This document shows positions 1 through 8,400 of a stretch of 64,000 bases of DNA, one piece after another. Made by a program: the position numbers and the translations under genes. Position 1 is the first letter of the stretch; every line of letters begins with the position of its first letter. Under the pieces are notes generated by a model that saw nothing but the letters and a program-made list of their open reading frames with translations, was not told where the DNA came from and made no database searches. The DNA is from Cyanobacteria bacterium REEB446 (GTDB lineage Bacteria; Cyanobacteriota; Vampirovibrionia; LMEP-6097): assembly GCA_018970325.1 (NCBI GenBank), contig JAGWWP010000005.1:1594-65593 (forward strand), written 5' to 3'.

Positions 1-223
1 CTTCTTCTTTATTAGCTACTTCTTTATTGGGAAGAAAACCTTCACTCTTATAACCCACGTCAACAAGTGCGCCATCCTTATCAAATCTAGAGACGAAACC
101 TCTAATGATGTCGCCCGCTTTAAAGTCAAACTTGTAAGAATTCTTATCAAGTAAAGAATCAAACTCAACAGCGAGATCCTCAAATATCATTTCTTCAGGT
201 ATCAATTCTAGATTTTTGTTCAT
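1..223 (-). CDS. rpsA: 30S ribosomal protein S1 (N-terminal part, truncated by window edge)
   Basis: Reverse-strand translation from ATG (RC at 221-223) gives MNKNLELIPEEMIFEDLAVEFDSLLDKNSYKFDFKAGDIIRGFVSRFDKDGALVDVGYKSEGFLPNKE. The GDIIRG...DVG.KSEG.LP pattern is an S1 RNA-binding domain, typical of the RpsA N-terminus. The ORF runs off the window. Confidence 0.5.
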   Translation of the reverse strand, partial: MNKNLELIPEEMIFEDLAVEFDSLLDKNSYKFDFKAGDIIRGFVSRFDKDGALVDVGYKSEGFLPNKEVANKEE

Positions 224-242
224 TATCAGTCCTAATTACAGA

Positions 243-317
243 TGGAGCGGAAGACGAGATTCGAACTCGCGACCTATTCCTTGGCAAGGAATTGCTCTAC
301 CACTGAGCCACTTCCGC
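243..317 (-). tRNA. tRNA-Gly (anticodon GCC), CCA encoded
   Basis: RC reads GCGGAAGTGGCTCAGTGGTAGAGCAATTCCTTGCCAAGGAATAGGTCGCGAGTTCGAATCTCGTCTTCCGCTCCA. Cloverleaf: 7-bp acceptor, D-arm, anticodon stem ATTCC/GGAAT with loop TTGCCAA (GCC), T-arm GGTTCGAATCC-like. Confidence 0.8.
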
Positions 318-380
318 AGGCAGACTATTATATTAGCAAATTATCCTGCCTATTTTCTAGGATAATGATTAAATTTTTTA

Positions 381-568
381 GGCGTGTTGCCGAACTCCAA
401 TTTCTGCGTTTTCGTCGTTCTCATGATCCTCATGTACCCGCAGTAAGCTGAGCTTGTATTTCCGCTTGCTCCCATGCAACACTGATGTCGCAGAGTCGGC
501 ATCGCTGGAAATTACACTGCGGTCATTCGTCCTCCTCAGCCTTGAACTTGTTCGTTTGACTACACGCC
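381..568. repeat. MITE-like palindromic dispersed element (long copy) containing the 30-bp core repeat
   Basis: Terminal inverted repeats GGCGTGTTGCC...GACTACACGCC. Core CTCCAATTTCTGCGT at 395-409. Internal blocks (TCATGATCCTCATGTAC, ACTGCGGTCATTCGTCCTCCTCAGCCTTGAACTTG) recur in the argJ copy (33.9 kb) and the 4.8-kb copy. Confidence 0.6.
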
Positions 569-572
569 ATTC

Positions 573-1175
573 TTATGACAGATGTAAATCTTTCTCTTTT
601 AAATCTGAAAAAAAGCTTTTACCCTTAGCATTCAGCTCATCTATTTTTCTAACTACATCATTTTCTATATAGCTAAGAATCTGTTGTGCGTAATTATCAG
701 CATCTTCTTTAATTCTTCTAGCTTTAAGTAAAGCCTGCTCTTCAAATCTCTGAGCCTTTTCTATTGCTTGCATTCTAATAGTCTCAGCATCTGATTCAGC
801 ATCTTTAGTTAATCGTTTTGCATGTTCACTGCATTCATTAAATAAACTTTTCGCCTCATGTTCAGCTGATCTTTTTATTTGACTTTCATCTAAAAGCTTC
901 TCTGCTTGGTCTTTAGCCCTAATAAGCATAGTTTCGCATTCCTGTTTAGTCCTAGTAAGAAGATCATCAGCCTGTTTCCTAGCTTCAGTAAGTTCCTTAT
1001 CTCTTTTCTCAATAAGCTGCCTAGCCTCTTTTATTTCCTCTGGGATAGTCGCATAAAGATCTTCAAAAGCTCTCATCAAGTACTCTGGATCAATCATTTT
1101 CTGATTAATCATCGGTATGTTCTTAGCCTGTTCTATATATTCGCCGATTTCATCTAGTTTGCTGAAAATATCCAA
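573..1175 (-). CDS. coiled-coil protein, ATP-synthase-b / V-ATPase-E-like (function uncertain)
   Basis: 200-aa ORF, highly charged, continuous heptad-like K/E/A/R/Q composition and no TM segment. Overlaps coaD by 26 nt. Confidence 0.3.
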   Translation of the reverse strand: MDIFSKLDEIGEYIEQAKNIPMINQKMIDPEYLMRAFEDLYATIPEEIKEARQLIEKRDKELTEARKQADDLLTRTKQECETMLIRAKDQAEKLLDESQIKRSAEHEAKSLFNECSEHAKRLTKDAESDAETIRMQAIEKAQRFEEQALLKARRIKEDADNYAQQILSYIENDVVRKIDELNAKGKSFFSDLKEKDLHLS

Positions 1176-1677
1176 TATTTCTTCCCTCCAAATATTTACT
1201 CACACAATCTGGAACGAGAGTGCTTACATCTCCCCCCAATTCTAGCAATTCCCACACCCTGCTTGCCCTTATAAAAGAATATTCTGGGCTAGTCATCAAA
1301 AAAACAGTCTCAATAGAATCGTTATATCCTTTTAGAGATAGTGATCTATTTATCTGTGACATCTCTAGTTCCTGCTCAAAATCATTAGCAGCACGAATTC
1401 CCCTAAGCAATATTCTATAATCATTTGCCCTAGCGTAATCTATAACCAAGCCTTCGACTATCGATACCTTAACATTCGAAAGATTCGCCGTAGCTGTTTT
1501 AACTAAAGATTCTCTCTCCTTTGCATTCAAGATGGATTTCTTCCTAGAATTACTAGCTATAGCGATTTCAACACAGTCAAAAATCTCTACTGCTCTTACA
1601 AGCACGTCTAAATGCCCTAAAGTAAAAGGATCAAAACTTCCTGGATAAAGAGCTTTTTTAGCAGGCATTAGTTTCAT
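1150..1677 (-). CDS. coaD: phosphopantetheine adenylyltransferase
   Basis: N-terminal YPGSFDPFTLGHLDV matches the PPAT (T/H)xGH nucleotidyltransferase motif. 175 aa is typical CoaD length. Confidence 0.9.
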   Translation of the reverse strand: MKLMPAKKALYPGSFDPFTLGHLDVLVRAVEIFDCVEIAIASNSRKKSILNAKERESLVKTATANLSNVKVSIVEGLVIDYARANDYRILLRGIRAANDFEQELEMSQINRSLSLKGYNDSIETVFLMTSPEYSFIRASRVWELLELGGDVSTLVPDCVSKYLEGRNIGYFQQTR

Positions 1678-1933
1678 CTTATTACCTTTAGTCTCTTATG
1701 TAAAACTAAATCACCCGATATTATAGAGTTTTTTCATTTGATATTACTTTGATTAATATTTATTTATATTCCGTATTACATTTTTCAGTAAATTCTCTTG
1801 CACTTGTATATAATATATTACGTAATACTTGACTAAGCTCCTCACATGACTTCTTTCAAGCTAAATTGCATAACTGGGCCTTTCTGTCCTCACGAAGACA
1901 AGTCAGCGCCAACATTCCGAGGGAGGGCTCTGA

Positions 1934-3946
1934 TTGCTTAGTACTTCTATAGGTACAAACAAGAGCTTTCTAGAACAAGGAGTAAATCCGAACACCCCAA
2001 CAAACCCAGAACCAACTGGGGCGATTTTTAACGCCGCTAAAGCCTTTAATCAAGGTTTAAAAGGAGAAGTCTCTTCTGCTAGGTCTGATAAGATTAACCC
2101 AAAAAATAAAAAGCCTATCTACGATAAATCGATATCTGGCTACCATGCTGATAATTATTATGGCGAGCGAAATTGGAACAAAGGCTTTGCTTATTCTCTT
2201 TGGGAAAGTGTTCTAAAATCTTGGACTAATGCTTTATTAACGAGTTCCTCAGCAGAAGCAGTAGTAAATGCGATCATCCAAGAAGGTGACGCGACCAAGC
2301 TATCAAACAATTTAGATGAGCACTGTAAGGAATTAAAGAACCTTCTTACAAGCAAAAACCTGTCGGAGACAGAGAGAGAAGCAACTCTTCAGCAGATCAA
2401 AAAGCTTGAAACTGCAAAAATTGATCCAAATAGTATAGAGTACAACGCTTTAAACAATAATATTGAAAAAACCTTTTCTGACTCATTCCTGTCACGCCTA
2501 GTCACAGACATTGGCATAGATCAATCTATCTCTGCTTTTCGTCGAATTTTCCCTGACTTTTCTAAAAAATATCCAATAATTAATACGCTTATTGGTGACA
2601 TTGTCGCAAGACCATTAACTTTTATTCTAAGAACTATTACCGCAGAAAATAATATACTGACTAACTCTTCAAACCATGGAGGCAAAGTGAGCCCTGAGCA
2701 GCAGATCATAATCGAAGCCATGAAAGACACTGGTGTAGCTAAACTAATCGGGTGGATAAGAGGGGAAGATGAAAATGGCGAGAAAAAATTTAGAATTGTA
2801 GATAAAGGAAACGGCGAATTAGTCAAAGAAGAGGCTGGCTTTAATCTTAAAAAAATCCTTGATCCATTTGTGAATAACGTAAACAAGTACCTTCTTGGCA
2901 TTACATCTGGTGAGACACTAAAAGACGCACAGGGTCAAATCCTCTATTCTACAAACTCTCGCGGTGAAAAAGAAGAAATTAAATCACTCGCAAAATTCAA
3001 CCCTATTCATTTTGGCATAACATCCCTAGCCAGCCTTGGTTTAACAGCACTCACCTTAGATAAAAAAGCTCAAGCGACAGGCTTCCAAGATGCTAATACT
3101 CCGTTAAAAGCCTTCGGCTCAATGATACTCAGCAACGCAAACCGCATAGATTCTGCTATGACCAGTTACGCACACGCATCAGTTCGCAAAGGCGAATCCT
3201 TCATGGGTATTTTCCATAATATTATTCCGAAAAAGCTACTAATGCCTATGTGCCAGAACTTCATGAAAGGCTTATCAAATCTACTACCTGGCGAGCTGCT
3301 CAACCCTGCCACCAAATCTATTCTATTGAATATGCTTGTGGAATTCACCGCTCCACCTTTTGTACAGAGCTTTATGCCAAAATCAGAGAAGAGAGCCATT
3401 GATAATGATACTCAATTCGTTTCTCATTCATTAATAAAACCTCCGCTATCTGAACTTATAAACGTCCTTAAAAAAGGCTGGATGTGGTGGGGTAAAAACT
3501 TCCACGCCGCAGTGGGGACCTATCCTGCTGTAATAAAATTAACTCCGACATCGAGTCCTTTCTGGCTTATCCAACAAATCAGCAGTAAAATAACAGGTCG
3601 CACTCCGAAAGATATACCTGGATTATTTAAAGAGAAGGAAGAAGAAGTTTTCGCGAAAGAATTACCAGATCACTTAGCAAGCTATAAAGATACTGGCATT
3701 GGCAAAACCGCCCTCCTCGCCGTCAAGAGCATTCTAAAAACCCCACTCAATGTTACAGATTGGTTAGTAAAATCAGGAGAAGCCAATAAGACTTACTCTA
3801 ATCTAACTAACAGTATCGTATCAGCAGCCAATCTCAAAAATACGCTCAAAGAGCGCATCCACACTAACGCCGCTAACAATATCGCACCAACAGCTAAGTT
3901 GAGAGAGATAATTCAGGGAAAGCAGCTAGCTCAAGCTTTGAACTAA
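1934..3946 (+). CDS. hypothetical protein (670 aa), lineage-specific
   Basis: Long uninterrupted ORF with no recognisable catalytic motifs. Follows a 250-bp AT-rich promoter region and ends at a palindromic terminator. Confidence 0.55.
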   Translation: MLSTSIGTNKSFLEQGVNPNTPTNPEPTGAIFNAAKAFNQGLKGEVSSARSDKINPKNKKPIYDKSISGYHADNYYGERNWNKGFAYSLWESVLKSWTNALLTSSSAEAVVNAIIQEGDATKLSNNLDEHCKELKNLLTSKNLSETEREATLQQIKKLETAKIDPNSIEYNALNNNIEKTFSDSFLSRLVTDIGIDQSISAFRRIFPDFSKKYPIINTLIGDIVARPLTFILRTITAENNILTNSSNHGGKVSPEQQIIIEAMKDTGVAKLIGWIRGEDENGEKKFRIVDKGNGELVKEEAGFNLKKILDPFVNNVNKYLLGITSGETLKDAQGQILYSTNSRGEKEEIKSLAKFNPIHFGITSLASLGLTALTLDKKAQATGFQDANTPLKAFGSMILSNANRIDSAMTSYAHASVRKGESFMGIFHNIIPKKLLMPMCQNFMKGLSNLLPGELLNPATKSILLNMLVEFTAPPFVQSFMPKSEKRAIDNDTQFVSHSLIKPPLSELINVLKKGWMWWGKNFHAAVGTYPAVIKLTPTSSPFWLIQQISSKITGRTPKDIPGLFKEKEEEVFAKELPDHLASYKDTGIGKTALLAVKSILKTPLNVTDWLVKSGEANKTYSNLTNSIVSAANLKNTLKERIHTNAANNIAPTAKLREIIQGKQLAQALN

Positions 3947-3956
3947 ATGATTAGAA

Positions 3957-4118
3957 CTAAGTGGCACACAATTGTGCCGCTCGATCACGACGCTGACTAG
4001 CACTGAAAGCCACTGAAGATTTATCAAGATTAGCAGCAGGTGCTATATGGTTCCTAAGCCAACCAGCTAAAGCATAAACCGAAAATCCGACTGCAACAGG
4101 TGCAACTAAAGGGTTCAT
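3957..4118 (-). CDS. small hydrophobic-N-terminus peptide, paralog 1 (53 aa)
   Basis: ATG (RC of 4116-4118) preceded by GGAGGT 7 nt upstream. Translation: MNPLVAPVAVGFSVYALAGWLRNHIAPAANLDKSSVAFSASQRRDRAAQLCAT. Paralogous to the ORFs at 4419-4583 and 5044-5235. Below the ORF-track size cutoff. Confidence 0.45.
   Translation of the reverse strand: MNPLVAPVAVGFSVYALAGWLRNHIAPAANLDKSSVAFSASQRRDRAAQLCAT
3960..3982. terminator. bidirectional hairpin terminator (GTGGCACACAATTGTGCCGC)
   Basis: Near-perfect palindrome GGCACAcAAtTGTGCC directly after the stop of the + strand 670-aa gene and the stop of the - strand small peptide gene 1. Confidence 0.4.
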
Positions 4119-4338
4119 AAAAGAACCTCCCCAGATATAAACATAAATCCCTCTTCACACAATAAATAAGATTTATAGTTTTTAATTTTTTAAAAGTTTT
4201 ACGACTCTCGCCAACCGAATTTGGTACAGAAACACGGAAAGTTATTAATTTGGTTCCTACTATATTACTGTATAAACTTTAGAATTACCATATTATTCAC
4301 AATTATTTAAGATTTGCCGTTTATCCTTGAGAAATAAT

Positions 4339-4388
4339 AAGCAAAGAGACACCTGCACAATGATAACGCAGAAATTATCGCTGTGCAG
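4339..4388. terminator. hairpin terminator downstream of small peptide gene 2
   Basis: GAGACACCTGCACA...TGTGCAGGCGTCTC, a 14-bp stem with one mismatch. Followed on the minus strand by a T-rich tract (TTTGCTTATTATTTC). The loop contains ACGCAGAAATT, a fragment of the dispersed core repeat. Confidence 0.4.
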
Positions 4389-4418
4389 GCGTCTCGTAAA
4401 AGCTTCACCAGAAAGCTC

Positions 4419-4583
4419 TTAACAGGCAGCTAGGCGATTACCAGTTAATCTGCTATCCGACGAAGATTTAGCCGCAGAGTTAATAATCGGTGCATCTAGA
4501 TTAGCCTTAACAAAGCACTTATTTGCTGCATCTGCAACCTTGAGAACACCGAACATACCACCAGCCAATAATAAAAGTGGCAT
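4419..4583 (-). CDS. small hydrophobic-N-terminus peptide, paralog 2 (54 aa)
   Basis: ATG (RC of 4581-4583) with GAGGT RBS. Translation: MPLLLLAGGMFGVLKVADAANKCFVKANLDAPIINSAAKSSSDSRLTGNRLAAC. The track ORF 4496-4711 is in another frame and is probably spurious. Confidence 0.45.
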   Translation of the reverse strand: MPLLLLAGGMFGVLKVADAANKCFVKANLDAPIINSAAKSSSDSRLTGNRLAAC

Positions 4584-4816
4584 AAATTAACCTCAAAATA
4601 AAACAGTAAAAATAAAAAACCTCTCCTCACACATTTGAAGATTTTTATTAAATTACTGTTTAAAATTAAACATTTTAAGACTTGCGTCAACCATGTTTGG
4701 TACAGAAACATGGAAAGTTATATAAGAATTATTATACAGCCTCTAATGCGGCTAATCAAGTGGGCTTAGGATAATTTAATCTTTCAAGAAACGAATACTC
4801 ATCTACTTTTTACAGT

Positions 4817-4968
4817 CATTCCTCCTCGTCCTGAACTTACACGCTTGCGAGCAGTGCCTTGAACTTATATATTTGCGAGCAATCCCACTGTACATCAGTC
4901 TCCAAGACACTGCTACCAGACTCCAATCTTTACGTTTTCATCGTCCTCAGCTTGGACTTGCGCGTTCC
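4817..4968. repeat. degenerate/composite copy of the MITE-like element
   Basis: Contains CATTCCTCCTCGTCCTGAACTT, TTGCGAGCAGTGCC, TTGCGAGCAATCCC, CTCCAATCTTTACGTTTTCATCGTCCTCAGCTTGGACTTG. All are diverged versions of blocks in the 381-568 and 33.9-kb copies. Confidence 0.5.
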
Positions 4969-4987
4969 TAGACAGTTTCTTTAATTA

Positions 4988-5025
4988 ACAAAGGCAAGAG
5001 TGAAAATTCTTACCTTTGTTAATTG
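4988..5025. terminator. hairpin terminator downstream of small peptide gene 3
   Basis: TTAACAAAGGCAAGA...TCTTACCTTTGTTAA inverted repeat immediately 3' of the stop at 5044 (minus strand). Confidence 0.4.
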
Positions 5026-5043
5026 TGTTTAGTTTATTTAAAT

Positions 5044-5235
5044 TTAAGCTGACTGCAATGTGGGCTTCAACATAGACGAAGCTTGTGAGCGATCATTAGG
5101 AGATCCCGATGTAGCAGAATTTGTCTGTGAATCATAGCTTGATGACGCAGGATTAAAACCATTCTGCCTCGCCTGTCGTAACGCCAAACAAGCAGATAAA
5201 CCTACAACAGATATTGGAGCTAAGAGAACATTCAT
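5044..5235 (-). CDS. small hydrophobic-N-terminus peptide, paralog 3 (63 aa)
   Basis: Track ORF. MNVLLAPISVVGLSACLALRQ..., N-terminal hydrophobic segment and Ser/Thr/Asn-rich tail as in paralogs 1 and 2. GAGGTG RBS. Confidence 0.5.
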   Translation of the reverse strand: MNVLLAPISVVGLSACLALRQARQNGFNPASSSYDSQTNSATSGSPNDRSQASSMLKPTLQSA

Positions 5236-5441
5236 TCAACACCTCAAAATATTTCAGGTGTTTTAAGGACTTGCCAACCAAATTTAATACATAAACTTGG
5301 AAAAGTGTGAAGAAGACCACGCTCAATTAATTCTTTTAAAATCAACTAAACGCTTACATGAACTAGTATAAGCTAATATCAATAAATGCAAAGTTAAAAG
5401 TCATTCATGTCGTATTATCTTTTATGAAAATTTTTTAAGAA

Positions 5442-5471
5442 ACGCCGAAATTAAAGTTCGGCAACAGTGCC
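5442..5471 (+). repeat. core repeat copy (ACGCCGAAATTAAAGTTCGGCAACAGTGCC)
   Basis: Variant of ACGCAGAAATTGGAGTTCGGCAACACGCC, sitting just 3' of the leuA-like gene stop. Confidence 0.4.
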
Positions 5472-5492
5472 TTAGAGATTGCAAGCAGCCCC

Positions 5493-7154
5493 CTAAGCTA
5501 ATTCAACTGGCTTAACGCCATACTTGATCAAGCCATATTCAATACTGTCAACAATCGCATCCCAAGAAGCTTTTATAATATTAGTACTAACTCCGATAGT
5601 ATCCCAATCTTCTGCTAAATTTCCAGTATTCACCTGAACCTTAGTCAGAGCCGCCGTCCCAAGTGAGCTGTCCTGAATCCTTACTTTATAATCTAACAAC
5701 TGAAATTCTTCTATCTTCGGATAGAAATTTACTAAAGCTTTTCTAAGAGCTTTATCTAAAGCATTCGCAGGACCATTACCCACACTTGCAGAGTGGATTT
5801 CCTCACCTGCTATTTCGATTCGCACCGTAGCCTCTGTCTTCTCGCCATTTGAAATATATACATTATGCTCCACTAGCTTAAAGTATGGCTTATAAGCCTT
5901 GAGTTTAGTTTCAGCAGAGCCTTCTACATCTATTAATTTACGCACCATTAACTCTAAACTCGCATCAGCATTCTCGAAGCTATATCCCTTATGCTCTAGC
6001 TTCTTCACTCTCTCTAAAACAGTTTTAGCGAATTCCCCGATAATTTCATCACTCGCCTTCGGAGAAAGCTTTTTCTTCTGTAGCCAATCTAGTATATTAC
6101 TCACCCCAGACTGCTCTGAAATAATAATCTTAGTAGCATTACCTACTAAAACAGGGTCTATATGCTCATAGCTAAAATCTTGCTTCTTCATCGCGCTTGC
6201 ATGCAAACCCGCTTTATGAGCGAAGGAGCTAGCTCCCACAAAAGGCTGATGAGCACTGTGGTGCTGATTAGCGATTTCAGCGACAGCATGAGAAAGACTG
6301 CTCAAATGTTTTAACTTATCCTTAGGTAAGCACTTTAATTTCTCTTCAGTATACTTAAGCTCTAGGTTAGGAATTATAGAAATCAGATTCGCATTACCAC
6401 AGCGCTCTCCATAGCCATTAATGGTTCCCTGCACCTGCGTAGCACCAGCTCTCACTGCTCTAATACTGTTAGCTACCGCGAGTTCACAGTCATTATGTGC
6501 ATGTATACCAATTTTAATAGGGGTCAAGCTTGAACTTGCATATTTGCAAGCAGTCCCAGCATAAGCCTCAATAATCTCTTTAGTGATTTTAAAAACCTGC
6601 TCAGGCAGACTACCACCATTAGTATCACAGAGCACCAAAGTTTCGGCCCCAGCCTCCACTGCAACTTTAGCAAACTTAAGCGAATAAGCAGAATCAGCCA
6701 TATAGCCATCGAAGAAATGTTCTGCATCTATTATCACTCGGCGGCCTTCTGATTTTAAGAAAGATATGCTTTCAGCTAGCATATCTAAATTCTTGTCTAG
6801 GGAAATCTTTAAAGTATTGGTAACCTGTGGGGCAGAGCTTTTCCCCACTATGCAAATCACCTCAGTCTCTGCTCGTAAAAGAGCAGCTAATATAGGATCT
6901 GACTCTACCTTGGTATTCGCCTTGCGAGTGCTACCAAAAGCTACTAGCTGAGTGGTTTTCAGCTTAATCTTTTTCGCTTCACTAAAAAAATCTATATCCT
7001 TCGGATTCGCCCCAGGCCAACCGCCCTCCACGAAAGCGACACCAATATCATCTAAGAGCCTGAGCACTTTGAGCTTATCATTCACGCTAAAAGAGATGCC
7101 CCGCATCTGCGCGCCATCTCTAAGTGTAGTATCGTAAATCTCTATTGCTCGCAT
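5493..7154 (-). CDS. leuA: 2-isopropylmalate synthase / (R)-citramalate synthase family (LeuA/CimA)
   Basis: N-terminal IEIYDTTLRDGAQ and HxH metal-site context (GIHAHNDCELAVANS) define the HMGL-like TIM barrel. C-terminal LeuA-dimer-like region. The track ORF starts at a TTG at 7196. The first 14 codons are encoded by a copy of the dispersed core repeat, so the ATG at 7152-7154 (MRAIEIYDTT) is the likelier start. Confidence 0.8.
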   Translation of the reverse strand: MRAIEIYDTTLRDGAQMRGISFSVNDKLKVLRLLDDIGVAFVEGGWPGANPKDIDFFSEAKKIKLKTTQLVAFGSTRKANTKVESDPILAALLRAETEVICIVGKSSAPQVTNTLKISLDKNLDMLAESISFLKSEGRRVIIDAEHFFDGYMADSAYSLKFAKVAVEAGAETLVLCDTNGGSLPEQVFKITKEIIEAYAGTACKYASSSLTPIKIGIHAHNDCELAVANSIRAVRAGATQVQGTINGYGERCGNANLISIIPNLELKYTEEKLKCLPKDKLKHLSSLSHAVAEIANQHHSAHQPFVGASSFAHKAGLHASAMKKQDFSYEHIDPVLVGNATKIIISEQSGVSNILDWLQKKKLSPKASDEIIGEFAKTVLERVKKLEHKGYSFENADASLELMVRKLIDVEGSAETKLKAYKPYFKLVEHNVYISNGEKTEATVRIEIAGEEIHSASVGNGPANALDKALRKALVNFYPKIEEFQLLDYKVRIQDSSLGTAALTKVQVNTGNLAEDWDTIGVSTNIIKASWDAIVDSIEYGLIKYGVKPVELA

Positions 7155-7184
7155 GGCACTGTCGCCAATCTCCAATTTTTGCGT
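7155..7184 (-). repeat. core repeat copy abutting the leuA start codon
   Basis: RC reads ACGCAAAAATTGGAGATTGGCGACAGTGCC immediately 5' of the ATG. Confidence 0.5.
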
Positions 7185-7192
7185 TTTCGTGT

Positions 7193-7594
7193 TCAATATG
7201 TAGCATTAAAATCATAAGGATCGAAATCAATAAAATCACCATCCAAGCTCATAGCCGCTGCCGAGAAAGGACTATCCTGACTAATTCTTACACCATTAAT
7301 CACACCACGTAAAAGACCTGTCACACCGCCAGCGACACCACCAATAAAGAAACCTGATGGCACACCAACTAGTCTTGGAAGCAGTCCTTCGCCAAATTCC
7401 GTAGAAAATGATGAAGCATACTGTGAAGACTTAGAAACAGCTCCACGTGCAAGACCAAAAAAACCACCCAAAGGCGCCGAGATTAAAGATGAAGTAACTT
7501 TAGAAACAGCTCCATGAGAGCTGTAAGCAGGACTTGCACCTAAAAGTAAACTTAACGCAAGAACCAAGAAAGATAATCTTTTAAGAAAAGTCAT
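7193..7594 (-). CDS. secreted glycine-rich hypothetical protein
   Basis: N-terminal signal peptide (LSFLVLALSLLLGASPAYS) followed by Gly/Ser-rich repeats (GGFFGLARGAV, GFFIGGVAGGVTGLLRGV). Confidence 0.4.
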   Translation of the reverse strand: MTFLKRLSFLVLALSLLLGASPAYSSHGAVSKVTSSLISAPLGGFFGLARGAVSKSSQYASSFSTEFGEGLLPRLVGVPSGFFIGGVAGGVTGLLRGVINGVRISQDSPFSAAAMSLDGDFIDFDPYDFNATY

Positions 7595-7646
7595 AAGAAC
7601 ATTCTAACAGAGACAGATGCAGGTTATACATCAGTCCTTAACAAAT

Positions 7647-8384
7647 TTAGACTGCCCCAGAATGACTCTTTAAAAATCCTTCTGGAATCAGCTGATAACC
7701 ACCACCGTAGACAGTCTTAATATATTTTTTTGCCCCAGCTTCTATCCTAGATCTTAAATGACGAATATGCACTCTAATAGTATCTATATCATCTTCAGGT
7801 GAATAGCCCCAGACTTCTTTAAGAATAAGACCCGGTGATACTGTTTGACCATGATTCTGCATTAAGCAATGTAGAACTTCAAACTCAATCGGAGTGAGTC
7901 TTAAAATTTTATCTTCAATTTTAACTTCTCTAGATTCTGGCATTAAAGTAATGTCTCCAGAATGAAGAACTTCAGGAATTGACTGAGCTAACGTAATAGC
8001 ACCAGATCTTCTAAGAAGCGCTTTAACACGTACAAAAAGTTCAGGAAGCTCAAAGGGTTTAGTCAAATAATCATCAGCACCAGAATCGAAACCAGTAACT
8101 TTATCGTTAGTGCGGTTAAGGGCTGTAAGCATTAATACTGGTGTCTCTTTCGTTACATCATTCTGTCTAATGCGTTGACAGGCAGTAAAACCATCCATAT
8201 TAGGCATCATCAAATCAAGAATAATTAAATGTGGTGGCTTCTGAAAAGCCATCGCCAAGCCATCTATAGCGTTATCACAAGACTCAACATTATAGCCCTG
8301 CAATTCTAGATTAAAACTCACAAGTTCGAGTATAGCCGGATCATCATCAATGACGAGAATATCTTTTTTTAGTTCCTGATTCAT
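7647..8384 (-). CDS. OmpR-family two-component response regulator
   Basis: Receiver domain with DDDP...ILDLMMP...LTA...DDYLTKPF, then a winged-helix trans_reg_C output (LTPIEFEVLHCL, RVHIRHLR, GYQL). Confidence 0.85.
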   Translation of the reverse strand: MNQELKKDILVIDDDPAILELVSFNLELQGYNVESCDNAIDGLAMAFQKPPHLIILDLMMPNMDGFTACQRIRQNDVTKETPVLMLTALNRTNDKVTGFDSGADDYLTKPFELPELFVRVKALLRRSGAITLAQSIPEVLHSGDITLMPESREVKIEDKILRLTPIEFEVLHCLMQNHGQTVSPGLILKEVWGYSPEDDIDTIRVHIRHLRSRIEAGAKKYIKTVYGGGYQLIPEGFLKSHSGAV

Positions 8385-8400
8385 AGCTCATAACATTCTA

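Noticed and set aside
242-672. Two + strand ORFs of 69 and 72 aa (242-451, 454-672)
   Set aside because: They overlap the minus-strand tRNA-Gly and the MITE-like repeat, and have no RBS or coding-like composition. They are stop-free stretches through structured/repeat DNA.
906-1157. 83-aa + strand ORF
   Set aside because: Antisense to the coiled-coil protein gene. Its Phe/Leu/Ser-rich translation is typical of a reverse-frame artefact in AT-rich coding DNA.
573-1175. Calling the 200-aa coiled-coil protein ATP synthase subunit b
   Set aside because: There is no N-terminal TM anchor and no atp operon context. Kept only as a coiled-coil protein of uncertain function.
2521-3399. Minus-strand ORFs 2521-2901 and 3166-3399
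   Set aside because: Embedded antisense within the 670-aa + strand gene.
4216-4245. Sigma-54 promoter interpretation of TTGGTACAGAAACACGG upstream of the small peptide genes
   Set aside because: In gene orientation the sequence does not fit TGGCAC-N5-TTGC. It is more simply a conserved upstream block adjacent to sigma-70-like TTG(G/A)CG -35 hexamers.
4496-4711. 71-aa minus-strand ORF from the track
   Set aside because: Different frame from the RBS-preceded 54-aa paralog (4419-4583). It runs through the promoter block and shows no paralog similarity.
5899-7137. Several + and - strand ORFs (5899-6171, 6524-6727, 6766-6951, 6952-7137)
   Set aside because: All lie inside the leuA/cimA-family gene and are out-of-frame or antisense artefacts.
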